DNA of 25,567 nucleotides, from assembly GCA_046759445.1 (NCBI GenBank), contig JBHICG010000048.1, positions 1 through 25,567 on the forward strand, read 5' to 3'. This document shows positions 9,101 to 17,585 of this stretch, piece by piece. A program made the position numbers and the translations under genes. The notes beneath the pieces were generated by a model. That model was given only the letters and a program-made list of their open reading frames with translations. It was not told where the DNA came from and did not search any database. The stretch's first letter is position 1; each line of letters opens with the position of its first letter. This stretch comes from Candidatus Scalinduaceae bacterium (lineage in GTDB: Bacteria > Planctomycetota > Brocadiia > Brocadiales > Scalinduaceae).

Positions 9101-9230
9101 AGTGACCTGAGATCTCCGGAAGGTAAACAAGAGGGATCCTGTATAATGAAATTCCTCCTATTACTAACACACTTAAAATTATCATTAATGTTGTTATTGG
9201 TCGCCTTACGGCAAACGTAGATATATTCAT
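6138..9230 (-). CDS. RND efflux transporter permease (AcrB/AcrD/AcrF family)
   Basis: 1030 aa. N-terminal AVRRPITT, TM4 GMIVDPAIVVLENI, MASLFES..HP, GLVVNNAIVLID, RLRPILMTSFTTILGLLP. Confidence 0.95.
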   Translation of the reverse strand: MNISTFAVRRPITTLMIILSVLVIGGISLYRIPLVYLPEISGHFLRVHVPYKSSSPQEVEDLITLHVEDALGTVKHVETIGAASLDDGSWVTLEFKMGTNMDIATLEVRDKLEQVRNKLPEDIEKIRIYRFQSGDLPVVEFSVSKRGEISELYDIIENVLKPKLQRINGVANVNILGLKRKQLFVELDLERLKAYNLDTYALRKHLQANNINVSAGNIIEGSTKYLVRAIGEFQNVQEVANLTVNEKGLRLYDVADVRYDFPTKKSYQRLNGKNAVKVEVMKSSDANMVSVAREAVNVINKIRADPKMERLDIYVYRDRSQPILERLRNLRKAGFFGGVLVLFILFFFLRNVRSTLVVTAAIPISVLCTFGLMFLLRKFFGSNVTLNVISLSGLMLAIGMIVDPAIVVLENIFRHKQERNIGSKEAAIIGSSEVGIAIIAATATTICVFIPLMFLSKTRMGIFMHDFGISICSALISSLFVALTLIPLFASRFLIFSGPYASKNDDKTIRKSFLINHLTGLYIKFIQLTLRFRWIAVGITVLIIALSYHLYGRLEKEVARRGIYREIHLAINIPRSYSIDDTEMLFERLEGILQEKKDELEIATISSNFDRSGGSLAIYFVRQDEAKRSVDILSEEITSAFPILPGVKYRRGSRDYHGGKSISIEINGRNIDTLTRLADEIKAKLAAIPDLYDVDTNLEEGKDEIVVSIDREKARKYGLTSQRIAYGISGSLGSRAVSKFKLEDKEIDINLQLKEEDRQRLEQLKNLEFENLEGEGVVLGRVVDYEIRRGPRVIERKDRRTIVKVTARYKKKGLEKIKESIMEKMADFNLPAGYMWNMGEEVRRYEREEAETRFGLILAVILIYLIMASLFESYVHPLTILLTIPFAFTGVAIVFYLADIPLDSLSRLGLLLLCGLVVNNAIVLIDYINRLRRGGMDRYNAIIKGGRDRLRPILMTSFTTILGLLPMVLPLIIPVLYGPFEGREKIWAPVGLVVISGLVTSTILTLVIMPTIYSLIDDFGRWMKKLFAIA

Positions 9231-9336
9231 GATACGTATTGTGTAATCATTTAAATGTTATCAACTATCTTGTTTTTCACTCTTTTAAGGAATATTTTCC
9301 CACAACTTCTTGCCAGTGACACAAACATTTATATCA

Positions 9337-9393
9337 TTCCCCCTCCCTGCTTATGGCCGTCCAAATGGCGGCACGCAGGCATAAAGAGGGGAA
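9337..9393. repeat. GC-rich intergenic hairpin (REP-like)
   Basis: Nested pairs TTCCCCCTC/GAGGGGAA, CCTGC/GCAGG and GCCG(T)CCA/TGGCGGC in AT-rich surroundings. Confidence 0.5.
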
Positions 9394-9425
9394 CATATGA
9401 CCTACTAATGTAATGAATGAATCAG

Positions 9426-12400
9426 CTAAGCCCTTTTCCATACCGACTCTTTTATCTTCTCTACAATTTCGTATACTACCGGAACCAGTATCAGGGTTAG
9501 AAGTGTAGAGAAAAGCAGACCACCAATTACGGTAATTCCCATAGGCATTCTTAATTCCGCACCCTCTCCCAATCCAAGTGCCAGAGGGAGTAATCCCAGA
9601 ACAGTAGTTGTCGTTGTCATCATTATTGGTCGAAGCCGTATCTTACCCCCTTCAATGATCGCTTCCCGTCTTGGCATACCTTCAGCCCTACGAGCGTTTA
9701 TACAATCAATAAGAACTATCGCATTGTTTACGACAATTCCCGCAAGCATAACAACGCCTATTAAGACTATAACGCTAATGGGTTTTGAGGTTATAAATAA
9801 GGCTATAACTACACCGACCAGAGCAAATGGTATCGTAAACATTATCACAAAAGGGTGGAGTAACGATTCGAACTGTGACGCCATTACGATATAAACTAAA
9901 AATGCAGCCAATATTATGGCAAAAAACATACTCGAAAAAGCTACAAGCATTTCATGGCTTTGTCCACTAACCTTAATCTCAAACCCACTTGGAACTCTAA
10001 TATTTGCAATCTTTTCCTCTATTTCAGCCACTGCACTGCGTAAGTCTCTTCCAGCGAGGTTTGCAGAAATAACGGCAACACGTTCTTGATCTATTCGCCT
10101 TATTTCGCCCGGCCCTCTTTCGACATTTATTTCTGCAATTGCCGACAAAAGAACGGGTCTATCACCTGCCGGATTAACCACAAAATTTTTCAAACCTTCG
10201 ATACTGCCAATATCTTTCTTTCTCGCGCGTACACGAACGTCTACCTTTCTATCCCTCCTGGAAAATTCTGTGCTTACATTACCCAGGATATTGTCTCGAA
10301 TCATGTTGGCAATTGCATTTAAATCTAATCCAAGTTGTGACAGTATTTGTCTATTAAAGATAATTTGTATCTCTGGTATTCCTCCCTCAATCGTGGATTT
10401 AATATCTGTAAGACCATTTACTCCTTCCAATCTGGCAGTAACAATTCTGGATAATTTCTCAAGTATATTGAGGTTATATCCCTTTATTTCTACCTCAATA
10501 GGTGTCAAATAGCTGAAATAAGCTGGTCTCGAAAACTTATATTCAATTGCCGGAATTTGTTTAAGTTTTTGTCTCAACTCAGCCATTACTTCTTCCTCCA
10601 GTTTGCGATTGGACTTTTGTCTAAGACTGACATTAATCTCCCCTATGTCTTCTCTCTCCTCTGCTATTGTCCCGCCTACCTGACTGGTTGATCCGGTGAT
10701 AGTGTATATCGTCTGTATCTCCGGGTTATCACCTACTACGTTTTCTATTTTTTTAACAGTCTCCAGCGTATTTGAAAGAGGCGTTCCTGTAGGGTTTTTA
10801 ATATTAATAGTGAATTCTCCTTGACTTAGCTCGGGAATAAGTTCTCTACCTAAATTTGCTAATAAGAACCAGGAGCCGCCAAGTATTAAAAGCGCAATAG
10901 CAATTACTAATAACTTACATGATAATGCAAAACTTATAACTCTTGGATAAGCCCTCGTAACTGCATAAAAAACGATATCAAATATAATAAACAACGGATA
11001 CAGTAGTATATAAAGTATTCTTGATGGCAAAGGATTGCGGCCTGTAATTTGTTCGTCTCTTTTTATATCATCACTTTTATTTCGTTTGATCTTTAGTGAT
11101 GACAGCATAGGTATTAAAGTTATCGCAACCAGGAGTGAGATGAGAAGTGAATATGTTACTGTTAGCGCCTGGTCACTAAATAATTGACCTGCGATACCCT
11201 TAATGAATATTATTGGTATAAACACGCATATAGTTGTGAGCGTCGATGCAATTACGGCCCTGCCAACCTCACTTGCACCTGTATTAGCAGCATCAATCGA
11301 ACTGTATCCTTTTCTGTAAGACCTGTCAATACTTTCCAGCACAACGATCGAATTATCAACAAGCATACCCACACCAAGCGCAAGCCCACCTAAAGACATA
11401 ATATTTAGAGACACCCCTGATATGTACATGAAGAAGAATGTCGCTGTAACTGAAAGTGGAATTGCCAGGCTGATAATTAAAGTACTTTTAATATTTCTGA
11501 GAAATAAGAACAGAACGAGTATGGCCAAGACTCCACCCCAAAGGGCAGTATAAATCACCTCCTTTATTGACCTCTCAATAAATCTTGATTGGTCAAGAGT
11601 TATCTCCAACCTTATAGATTCAGAAAATTTTCTTAACTTATTTTCTATCTCATTTAACCTTTCTTTTACTAACCTTGCTACTGTTACCGTATTTGCATCA
11701 GCTTCCTTGAATATTGCAATTTCTACACTTTCCTTCCCATTTACGCGCGTTATTACCGTACGTTCCTCGTGGCCTTTTCTAACATTTCCAATATCCCTTA
11801 CCTTAATAGGAATCCTGTTTCTAAAATCGATGATTATGTCCTGTATCTCTTCCACTCGCCTAAACTCGTTAAAAGTTCTTACAATATATTCAATCTCACC
11901 TTCCTTAATATTCCCTGCAGTAAGATTAATATTTTCTTCTTTTAGACGCGTAATCACCTGTGAAATGGGTATTCCTAAATTTGCAAGTCTAGCTTCTTCC
12001 AATTCCACATGTATTTCTTCCTCCAGCCCGCCACTTATCTCTACAGCGGCAACCCCACCAACTGCCCCTGTGCCTACTACACCATCTTCCACCGATAAAC
12101 CTTCAAGAACGGGCTTAACCTCTTCTTCTGCCAGTATACGGAGTGTGACAAGGTCTTCATCACCAAAAAGTGATATTCTTACAATAGGGTCAAGAGAAGG
12201 GTCAAAACGCAACAGTACCGGCCTTTCTGCGGCATCTGGCAAGTCTACCAGGTCAAGCTTCTCACGCACATCCATTGACGCAAAATCCATATTGGTTTTC
12301 CACGTAAATTCTATAACAACTTCAGAGATATCGGGTCTTGACCTGGAGCTCACACGCACCACATTTGTTATTACGCTTATTGCATTTTCAATTGGTTTTG

Positions 12401-12590
12401 ATATGAGATTCTCGATCTCACTTGACGCAGCGCCAGGGTATTCGGTTCTCACCGTCAGAGTGGGATATGAGATATCTGGCAGGAGATTAAGGGGAAGCCG
12501 CTCAAATGATATTAATCCAAAGATAACCAGAGCCGTCATCAACATTACGACCGTAACTCGTCTTTTCGTTGAAAATTCAACTATTTTCAA
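9426..12590 (-). CDS. RND efflux transporter permease (AcrB/AcrD/AcrF family)
   Basis: 1054 aa, TTG start. Motifs LLPDISYP..TEYPGA, GMLVDNSIVVLE, MASQFESLLHPF, GIVVNNAIVLID, RLRPIMMTTTTTVLGLLP. Confidence 0.95.
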   Translation of the reverse strand: MKIVEFSTKRRVTVVMLMTALVIFGLISFERLPLNLLPDISYPTLTVRTEYPGAASSEIENLISKPIENAISVITNVVRVSSRSRPDISEVVIEFTWKTNMDFASMDVREKLDLVDLPDAAERPVLLRFDPSLDPIVRISLFGDEDLVTLRILAEEEVKPVLEGLSVEDGVVGTGAVGGVAAVEISGGLEEEIHVELEEARLANLGIPISQVITRLKEENINLTAGNIKEGEIEYIVRTFNEFRRVEEIQDIIIDFRNRIPIKVRDIGNVRKGHEERTVITRVNGKESVEIAIFKEADANTVTVARLVKERLNEIENKLRKFSESIRLEITLDQSRFIERSIKEVIYTALWGGVLAILVLFLFLRNIKSTLIISLAIPLSVTATFFFMYISGVSLNIMSLGGLALGVGMLVDNSIVVLESIDRSYRKGYSSIDAANTGASEVGRAVIASTLTTICVFIPIIFIKGIAGQLFSDQALTVTYSLLISLLVAITLIPMLSSLKIKRNKSDDIKRDEQITGRNPLPSRILYILLYPLFIIFDIVFYAVTRAYPRVISFALSCKLLVIAIALLILGGSWFLLANLGRELIPELSQGEFTINIKNPTGTPLSNTLETVKKIENVVGDNPEIQTIYTITGSTSQVGGTIAEEREDIGEINVSLRQKSNRKLEEEVMAELRQKLKQIPAIEYKFSRPAYFSYLTPIEVEIKGYNLNILEKLSRIVTARLEGVNGLTDIKSTIEGGIPEIQIIFNRQILSQLGLDLNAIANMIRDNILGNVSTEFSRRDRKVDVRVRARKKDIGSIEGLKNFVVNPAGDRPVLLSAIAEINVERGPGEIRRIDQERVAVISANLAGRDLRSAVAEIEEKIANIRVPSGFEIKVSGQSHEMLVAFSSMFFAIILAAFLVYIVMASQFESLLHPFVIMFTIPFALVGVVIALFITSKPISVIVLIGVVMLAGIVVNNAIVLIDCINARRAEGMPRREAIIEGGKIRLRPIMMTTTTTVLGLLPLALGLGEGAELRMPMGITVIGGLLFSTLLTLILVPVVYEIVEKIKESVWKRA

Positions 12591-12615
12591 ATCTTATTAC
12601 CTACTTTTCCTTAAA

Positions 12616-12665
12616 TGTCATTCCCGACTCGATCGGGAATCTATTCCCCACTTTCGCGAAGATAA
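12616..12665. repeat. REP-like palindrome (TGTCATTCCC...GGGAATC type)
   Basis: TGTC-ATTCCCGA-CTCGA-TCGGGAAT-C followed by a degenerate partner TTCCCCACTTTCGCGAAGATA. Confidence 0.55.
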
Positions 12666-12977
12666 AGCCATAATCAGTGATAAAAGTAAAAAAATCCTTT
12701 ATAATTATATTATTCATCTTGATTTTGTTAAAACAAATAAAAAAAGGTGTAAGGTGAAAATGATTCGAATTGAACAACCACACTTCGTAGAATTATACTG
12801 AAGGCAAGGCGCTTAATGATTGGTAGTTTTTATTTCAACATTACATTGCAGTTTGTATTATTCCAAACCATGCCATGAAATAAGCTCAGGGTTGACTTCA
12901 GGGCTCCTTGGCCTTTGTATATCTTTCAAATTGAAATTCCTGAACATGAATTTATGAGGATTATTTATTATGGATAA

Positions 12978-14483
12978 TTATGTTTCTTCTAATTCAACTA
13001 TTTCTTTTTCTTCATTAACAATTATTACCTTCGCACCATGACCAATGTCATTTTGCCCAACCGTAATAACCCTATCACCCTCTTTAAGTCCAGCGAGCAC
13101 CTCCACAATACTACCCTCCCTAAAGCCAAGTGTGATTTTCGTCTTAAATGCTTTTGTTTCTTTGCTAAAAAGAATATCCTCAATTTGCAATACCTGGGTT
13201 TCCCGATTATCATAAAAAGATACCCGGTCAAATACGTTACTTATTTTTTCATCAATAACACTATCAAGTTCTACCGTTATAATAAAAGGCAACCTGTTAT
13301 CATGGCTTCTAGAAATGTCTACAACCTTTCCAGACACGGTAGAATCGCCTCCGTTTAGTAAGCTTCTCTGAGGGTTCTTTTTTCTCTCACATACAACACC
13401 ATCACCAATAGCTAATCCCTTAACTCCAGCAGAGTCCACATCCATTACAATGAAATCTCTTACAACAAATACCTCGTCGGTCTCTGCTTCCAGGATTAAT
13501 GCTTTTTTAGGGATTACGATAGCATCTTGATGTTCACCTACAATTGTATAAACGGAGACAAACATTCCCGGCTTCAGAACTCCACCTATTAAGTCATCAA
13601 GTTCTATTGTAACCTTCACCGTACCACTTTCAGGATCAACAACTGGACTTATCATCTTTACATTTCCCATGAATTCTACTTCAGATGCAAATTCTGAAAT
13701 AATTCTGGCTTTTTGACCTTCTTTAATCTTGTTTAAGTCCTTTTCAGGCACATATATCTTGGCCAGGATTGGAACAAAATCTACTATCTTAAAAACCACT
13801 TGATCACTTTTAACGTTGTAACCTTCTTCTATATTCCTATCAGTAATAACACCGCTAATTGGTGATTTAATCGAAGCATATTTATACTCCAATTGTTTTT
13901 TTTCGAGTTCTACTGAGGCAACTTCAAACTGAAATCTTTTATCTTCAACTTCATCTCTGCTTATAATATTTTCTTCAAAATTCTTAAGTGACCATTCATA
14001 GACTCTTTCTGCATTTTCTTTCTTTATCCTGGCGTCCTTAAGCGCTAAGAGCAATTCTTCGTCATCAAGCCTTGCAAGTAATTCACCGGATTCTACATGA
14101 TCACCTTCCTCTACGAAGACATTTTTTACAATACCAGTGGTTTTTGCTACCACATCAACTTGTTTCTCAGGTTCAAGCGTACAATTATTAACTAAAAATA
14201 TCTCTAAATCCTTTCTTTTAACTCTTGTTATTTCAATGGGTACTGCCTCGTAATCCTTTTTACGAGTCTTTGAAAAACCCTCAACTATCTTTTCACTCTT
14301 TTTATCTGATCTATACGAACTTTTTGTTTTTGTGTTATGTTTCAGGTCTCCTTCTTTTCTTAATCCCTTAGAATAGCCAACTGGCTTACCCTTCCATAAG
14401 ATATTCAACTTTACGGCAAGAAACGCTGCAGATGCGAGGATAAGACATATAAGAAAAATTCTAACAAAAATCACTGTTTTCAT
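12978..14483 (-). CDS. RND periplasmic adaptor (membrane fusion protein) with internal insertion
   Basis: N-terminal TM anchor, lipoyl halves VEEGDHVESGELLA and IKSPISGVI, barrel ISPVVDPESGTVKV..LKPGMFV, C-terminal VEVLAGLKEGDRVITVG. Confidence 0.92.
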   Translation of the reverse strand: MKTVIFVRIFLICLILASAAFLAVKLNILWKGKPVGYSKGLRKEGDLKHNTKTKSSYRSDKKSEKIVEGFSKTRKKDYEAVPIEITRVKRKDLEIFLVNNCTLEPEKQVDVVAKTTGIVKNVFVEEGDHVESGELLARLDDEELLLALKDARIKKENAERVYEWSLKNFEENIISRDEVEDKRFQFEVASVELEKKQLEYKYASIKSPISGVITDRNIEEGYNVKSDQVVFKIVDFVPILAKIYVPEKDLNKIKEGQKARIISEFASEVEFMGNVKMISPVVDPESGTVKVTIELDDLIGGVLKPGMFVSVYTIVGEHQDAIVIPKKALILEAETDEVFVVRDFIVMDVDSAGVKGLAIGDGVVCERKKNPQRSLLNGGDSTVSGKVVDISRSHDNRLPFIITVELDSVIDEKISNVFDRVSFYDNRETQVLQIEDILFSKETKAFKTKITLGFREGSIVEVLAGLKEGDRVITVGQNDIGHGAKVIIVNEEKEIVELEET

Positions 14484-14504
14484 GATTAACCACTTTGTAA
14501 GTCT

Positions 14505-15044
14505 TCATTTACCTTTCTTGTAACTTAAACCTATAGCAGAAGGGCACCACAACATAGTTTTATTGGGATCATGATTTACATATCCATTATAATAGTATGC
14601 TGCAATTCTGAAAAAATAGTCAGTAAATGAGCCTGAAAGTGTCATATCCTCATTATATTTCCATTGCCTTGACCGTTGCTTATTATTTATGGCTATTACG
14701 ATCTCTAAATCCTCTATTTTAATATTGTCTATATCAGACTCACTTAATTCTATGCTCCCTTTTACGTCACCACGTTGTGGATGTGAGTGGTATTCGCCAA
14801 CTGCCTTAAGTTTGGGGAAGGATTCTAAGACCTTTTCAATCACGGACCTCTGTTTTCTCTTTAGCTCAGCAGCGGAGAATGACCTTTCAGCAGTCTGATA
14901 TGGTATAGCAGTTTCCACAATTACTGCGGAGTCTAACTTATATCCTAAAAGGCAACCATAACACTCATGTTTAAAGACTTCTGCCGCCGACATGATTATG
15001 TTTGTAAATGCCTTTTCTTCGAGAAATACTTCCATTTTTGCCAA
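14505..15044 (-). CDS. JAB/MPN (Mov34) domain metallopeptidase
   Basis: HECYGCLLG (catalytic E) and VGEYHSHP...LSESD give the JAMM residues. Start could be ATG 15035. Confidence 0.82.
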   Translation of the reverse strand: MAKMEVFLEEKAFTNIIMSAAEVFKHECYGCLLGYKLDSAVIVETAIPYQTAERSFSAAELKRKQRSVIEKVLESFPKLKAVGEYHSHPQRGDVKGSIELSESDIDNIKIEDLEIVIAINNKQRSRQWKYNEDMTLSGSFTDYFFRIAAYYYNGYVNHDPNKTMLWCPSAIGLSYKKGK

Positions 15045-15352
15045 ACTCTCTTATAAAATTAAAGCTCTTAAGACTAGTATATCTACATAAGTCTTAATAT
15101 TGTAAATACTTAAATAGATGAAAAAGGGGTGTGTTTTATAATAAGTTGCCTATAATTTTAACATACTGGATATTAGAATCAACTTAAATAAAAACTGATG
15201 TAGTCAAATATAATTACTACTTTGACAGGATGAATATTGGGAAATGTTTTTTTGAATTGTACCGTATCCAGAATGAAAACTTAAACTTATGTGTGATCGT
15301 GTATGGTTTGTTTATAAGGACTTAAATGTTGCTTTTGTAAAGTAAGCAATAA

Positions 15353-15559
15353 TCAGGATATGAAGGATGATGACTCTAAAGAAATGAATCGTCCTGATAA
15401 ACTGTCTTTTCTCATATATAACGTATAAGTAACGTCTGAGGATTCATTACCTTCATATCTCGAATTAGGATAGAGTTGTGAACATAAGTTCGCTATTCCT
15501 TTGTTTTCCGCCAGAATCGAAAACCGATGTGATTGAAGCTTATAATTAAGTGTATACAT
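15353..15559 (-). CDS. Short hypothetical protein, possibly a truncated gene of a PqqD-linked cluster
   Basis: 68 aa, 27 bp downstream of the PqqD gene on the same strand. No recognisable catalytic motif. Confidence 0.4.
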   Translation of the reverse strand: MYTLNYKLQSHRFSILAENKGIANLCSQLYPNSRYEGNESSDVTYTLYMRKDSLSGRFISLESSSFIS

Positions 15560-15586
15560 AACAAATATACTGCTAAAATGATTTTC

Positions 15587-15901
15587 CTACTTTAAAAGTC
15601 CTTTTTTTGAAAAACCCTTAACAACTTCTATTATGTTTTTTAAGATTAATTTGCTTTCTGACTTGAAGCATTTCTCCACAATTGTTGCTATTTCTTGTAT
15701 TGAATGTTTTCCATCACAACATATCCAGATAAAAGCCGCAGTTGCATTCAGGCTATGTACCATATCTTTACTTTTATCATAAAGCACACCCCCATCATCA
15801 AGTTCCTCAAGTTCGACATCTTCCTTTGTTAACGGTATGAAGTTTTCTTGTATTCCAGAATTAACACACATCTTACTGTTTTTGATTAATGTATTTGTCA
15901 T
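15587..15901 (-). CDS. PqqD family / RiPP recognition element protein
   Basis: LDDGGVLYD....VHSLNATAAFIWICCDGKHSIQEIA...F.KKGLL is the typical PqqD pattern. Start may be ATG 15871. Confidence 0.88.
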   Translation of the reverse strand: MTNTLIKNSKMCVNSGIQENFIPLTKEDVELEELDDGGVLYDKSKDMVHSLNATAAFIWICCDGKHSIQEIATIVEKCFKSESKLILKNIIEVVKGFSKKGLLK

Positions 15902-16277
15902 TATATAATTCTTCTATTTGATTGTATGAACTTTCCAGTCTAAGCAACAATTTTTTTAGTATACTCAATGCAACTAATGGATTGCTTGAGATTAATGTTT
16001 CCAATATGTCTTTACTTATTACATTCAACTTACAATCCGAAACAGCCACAGCGGTAACTGTCCTTGGCTTGTTTGTAATAACAGACATTTCACCGAAAAA
16101 TTCCCCAAAGCCTAAGGTGGCCATAATCACTTCACCATTTGGCGTCTTTCTAGTCAATTTAACCTCGCCAGAACAGATTAAATACATTTCAATGCCTGGA
16201 TCGCCTTCTTTAAATAACACAGTCCCTTTAGGAAATTCTTTACCTACCTCTTTGAAAGTTTTATCAGAAAAACGCAT
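15873..16277 (-). CDS. Stand-alone cyclic nucleotide-binding domain protein
   Basis: LFKEGDPGIEMYLICSGEV and phosphate-binding cassette GEFFGEMSVITNKPRTVTA. No C-terminal HTH (134 aa). Confidence 0.92.
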   Translation of the reverse strand: MRFSDKTFKEVGKEFPKGTVLFKEGDPGIEMYLICSGEVKLTRKTPNGEVIMATLGFGEFFGEMSVITNKPRTVTAVAVSDCKLNVISKDILETLISSNPLVALSILKKLLLRLESSYNQIEELYNDKYINQKQ

Positions 16278-16432
16278 ATTATTTATCTCTATTTTCCAGT
16301 CAAACTTACTTGATATCTATAGTTGATTTTAAATTAATACTTTTTTCTTATGGTAATAGCTCAAAATCTTGTGCGATAAATTTCTGAATCTGCCAAAAAC
16401 AGATTTTAATGCAATGAACAAATCCCCCCTGC

Positions 16433-16473
16433 TTACAGGCTGTGTCAAAATGACATTATGAAACAACCTGTAA
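16433..16473. repeat. 41-bp near-perfect palindrome
   Basis: TTACAGGCTGTGTCAAAATG-A-CATTATGAAACAACCTGTAA, 17 of 20 positions complementary. Confidence 0.6.
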
Positions 16474-16649
16474 AGAAGAGTATGTCAAAAATTATATCTA
16501 ATGCTCACAGTTTTTCCACATTTTATTGATAAATATTGTTGCTCATATTTTCTTTTCATTGGTTAAGCTTTTAACGTTGACACCCATTTACATACTTGCA
16601 TACTCAAAGACAATATTTTCATTTATAATCCCGGACGAATCCTAATTCA

Positions 16650-17165
16650 TCATTCGATTATGTCAACTGCATCTTTAACAGAAATTCTCCCAGGTGCTGT
16701 AGAGTATACATTCGTATATCCTACAGGTATAATAGAAATCGGGCGCAAGAATTTTGGTAGTTTAAGAATTTTGTGTACCTCATCTTCATGAAATGCACCT
16801 ATCCAAACACTTGCCAATCCTTGCTCATGAGCAACAAGTAATACGTTTTGAATACTGGCTGCTACATCTTGAATTGCATATAGACTAACACCTCGTTCGC
16901 CATAATAGTCCTTAATCCGAATATCCATACAAGCGATTATTACTAGCGGCGCTTCAGCAATAAATGACTGACTTAAGGCCGCTTTTGCCAAATCTTTCTT
17001 TATTGCCCTGTTAAAAACAAAGTAGAATTTTCTACTTTGAAGATTTCCGGCACTTGGAGCCCATATTATGGCTTCCTTCAGAGCATCTTGAATCTCTTTA
17101 GGTATTGAATTATTAAGAAACTTTCTCACGCTTCTTCTCTCTTTGATAATCCTTAATATATTCAT
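16650..17165 (-). CDS. Nitroreductase family protein
   Basis: IKERRSVRKF, WAPSAGNLQ, DVAASIQNVLLVAHEQGLASVWIG, IIPVGY. Confidence 0.94.
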   Translation of the reverse strand: MNILRIIKERRSVRKFLNNSIPKEIQDALKEAIIWAPSAGNLQSRKFYFVFNRAIKKDLAKAALSQSFIAEAPLVIIACMDIRIKDYYGERGVSLYAIQDVAASIQNVLLVAHEQGLASVWIGAFHEDEVHKILKLPKFLRPISIIPVGYTNVYSTAPGRISVKDAVDIIE

Positions 17166-17435
17166 TTTATTTTCTAACTTAATTTTATATGCATTATATA
17201 ATTTTGATTATTGTAAACAGTTAACAATACAGTTGCAAGTATTTAAGGGATAAATAGTATTTCATAAATAAGCGCCATTACAGAAAGTGAAATACCTTAG
17301 TTTACTATGTATTATACTTATGCAATACCACAAAATCACAAGAAAAGTCTACAATCCAGTAATAATATTTAATGCATAATCTTGTGTTACAAAAAATGCA
17401 TTAAATGCTTTAATAAACATCAAAAAAAAAATCTC

Positions 17436-17463
17436 TTGACGAAAACAAAAAAGATGCTAGATT
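17436..17463 (+). promoter_or_regulatory. Putative sigma70 promoter of the rpoZ-ABC operon
   Basis: TTGACG (17436-17441), 16-nt spacer, extended -10 TG-C-TAGATT. Confidence 0.5.
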
Positions 17464-17512
17464 TGAAGTTTTTAAATAATTTACATAAATTTATCACAAA
17501 TGACTTTTATAA

Positions 17513-17575
17513 ATGGAAAAGTCATCAGAAATTATTGGTGGAACATTTTTGTTAACATTCTTGTTAACAACATAA
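17513..17575 (+). other. 20-codon upstream ORF paralogous to the RpoZ N-terminus (degenerate tandem duplication)
   Basis: MEKSSEIIGGTFLLTFLLTT* aligns without gaps to RpoZ LQKLSEIVGGTYVLTYLLIR. Confidence 0.55.
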
Positions 17576-17585
17576 ATTATTACAA

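Noticed and set aside
7421..11393. Several plus-strand ORFs within the RND genes
   Set aside because: Antisense shadows without RBS or motifs.
11707..12801. 364-aa plus-strand ORF
   Set aside because: Antisense shadow of the RND gene, Ser/Thr/Ile-rich with no motif.
15922..16326. 134-aa plus-strand ORF
   Set aside because: Antisense to the cNMP-binding gene.
16485..16559. MKRKYEQQYLSIKCGKTVSIRYNF as a RiPP precursor for the PqqD protein
   Set aside because: No RBS, no YxxP leader motif, and no modifying enzyme nearby.
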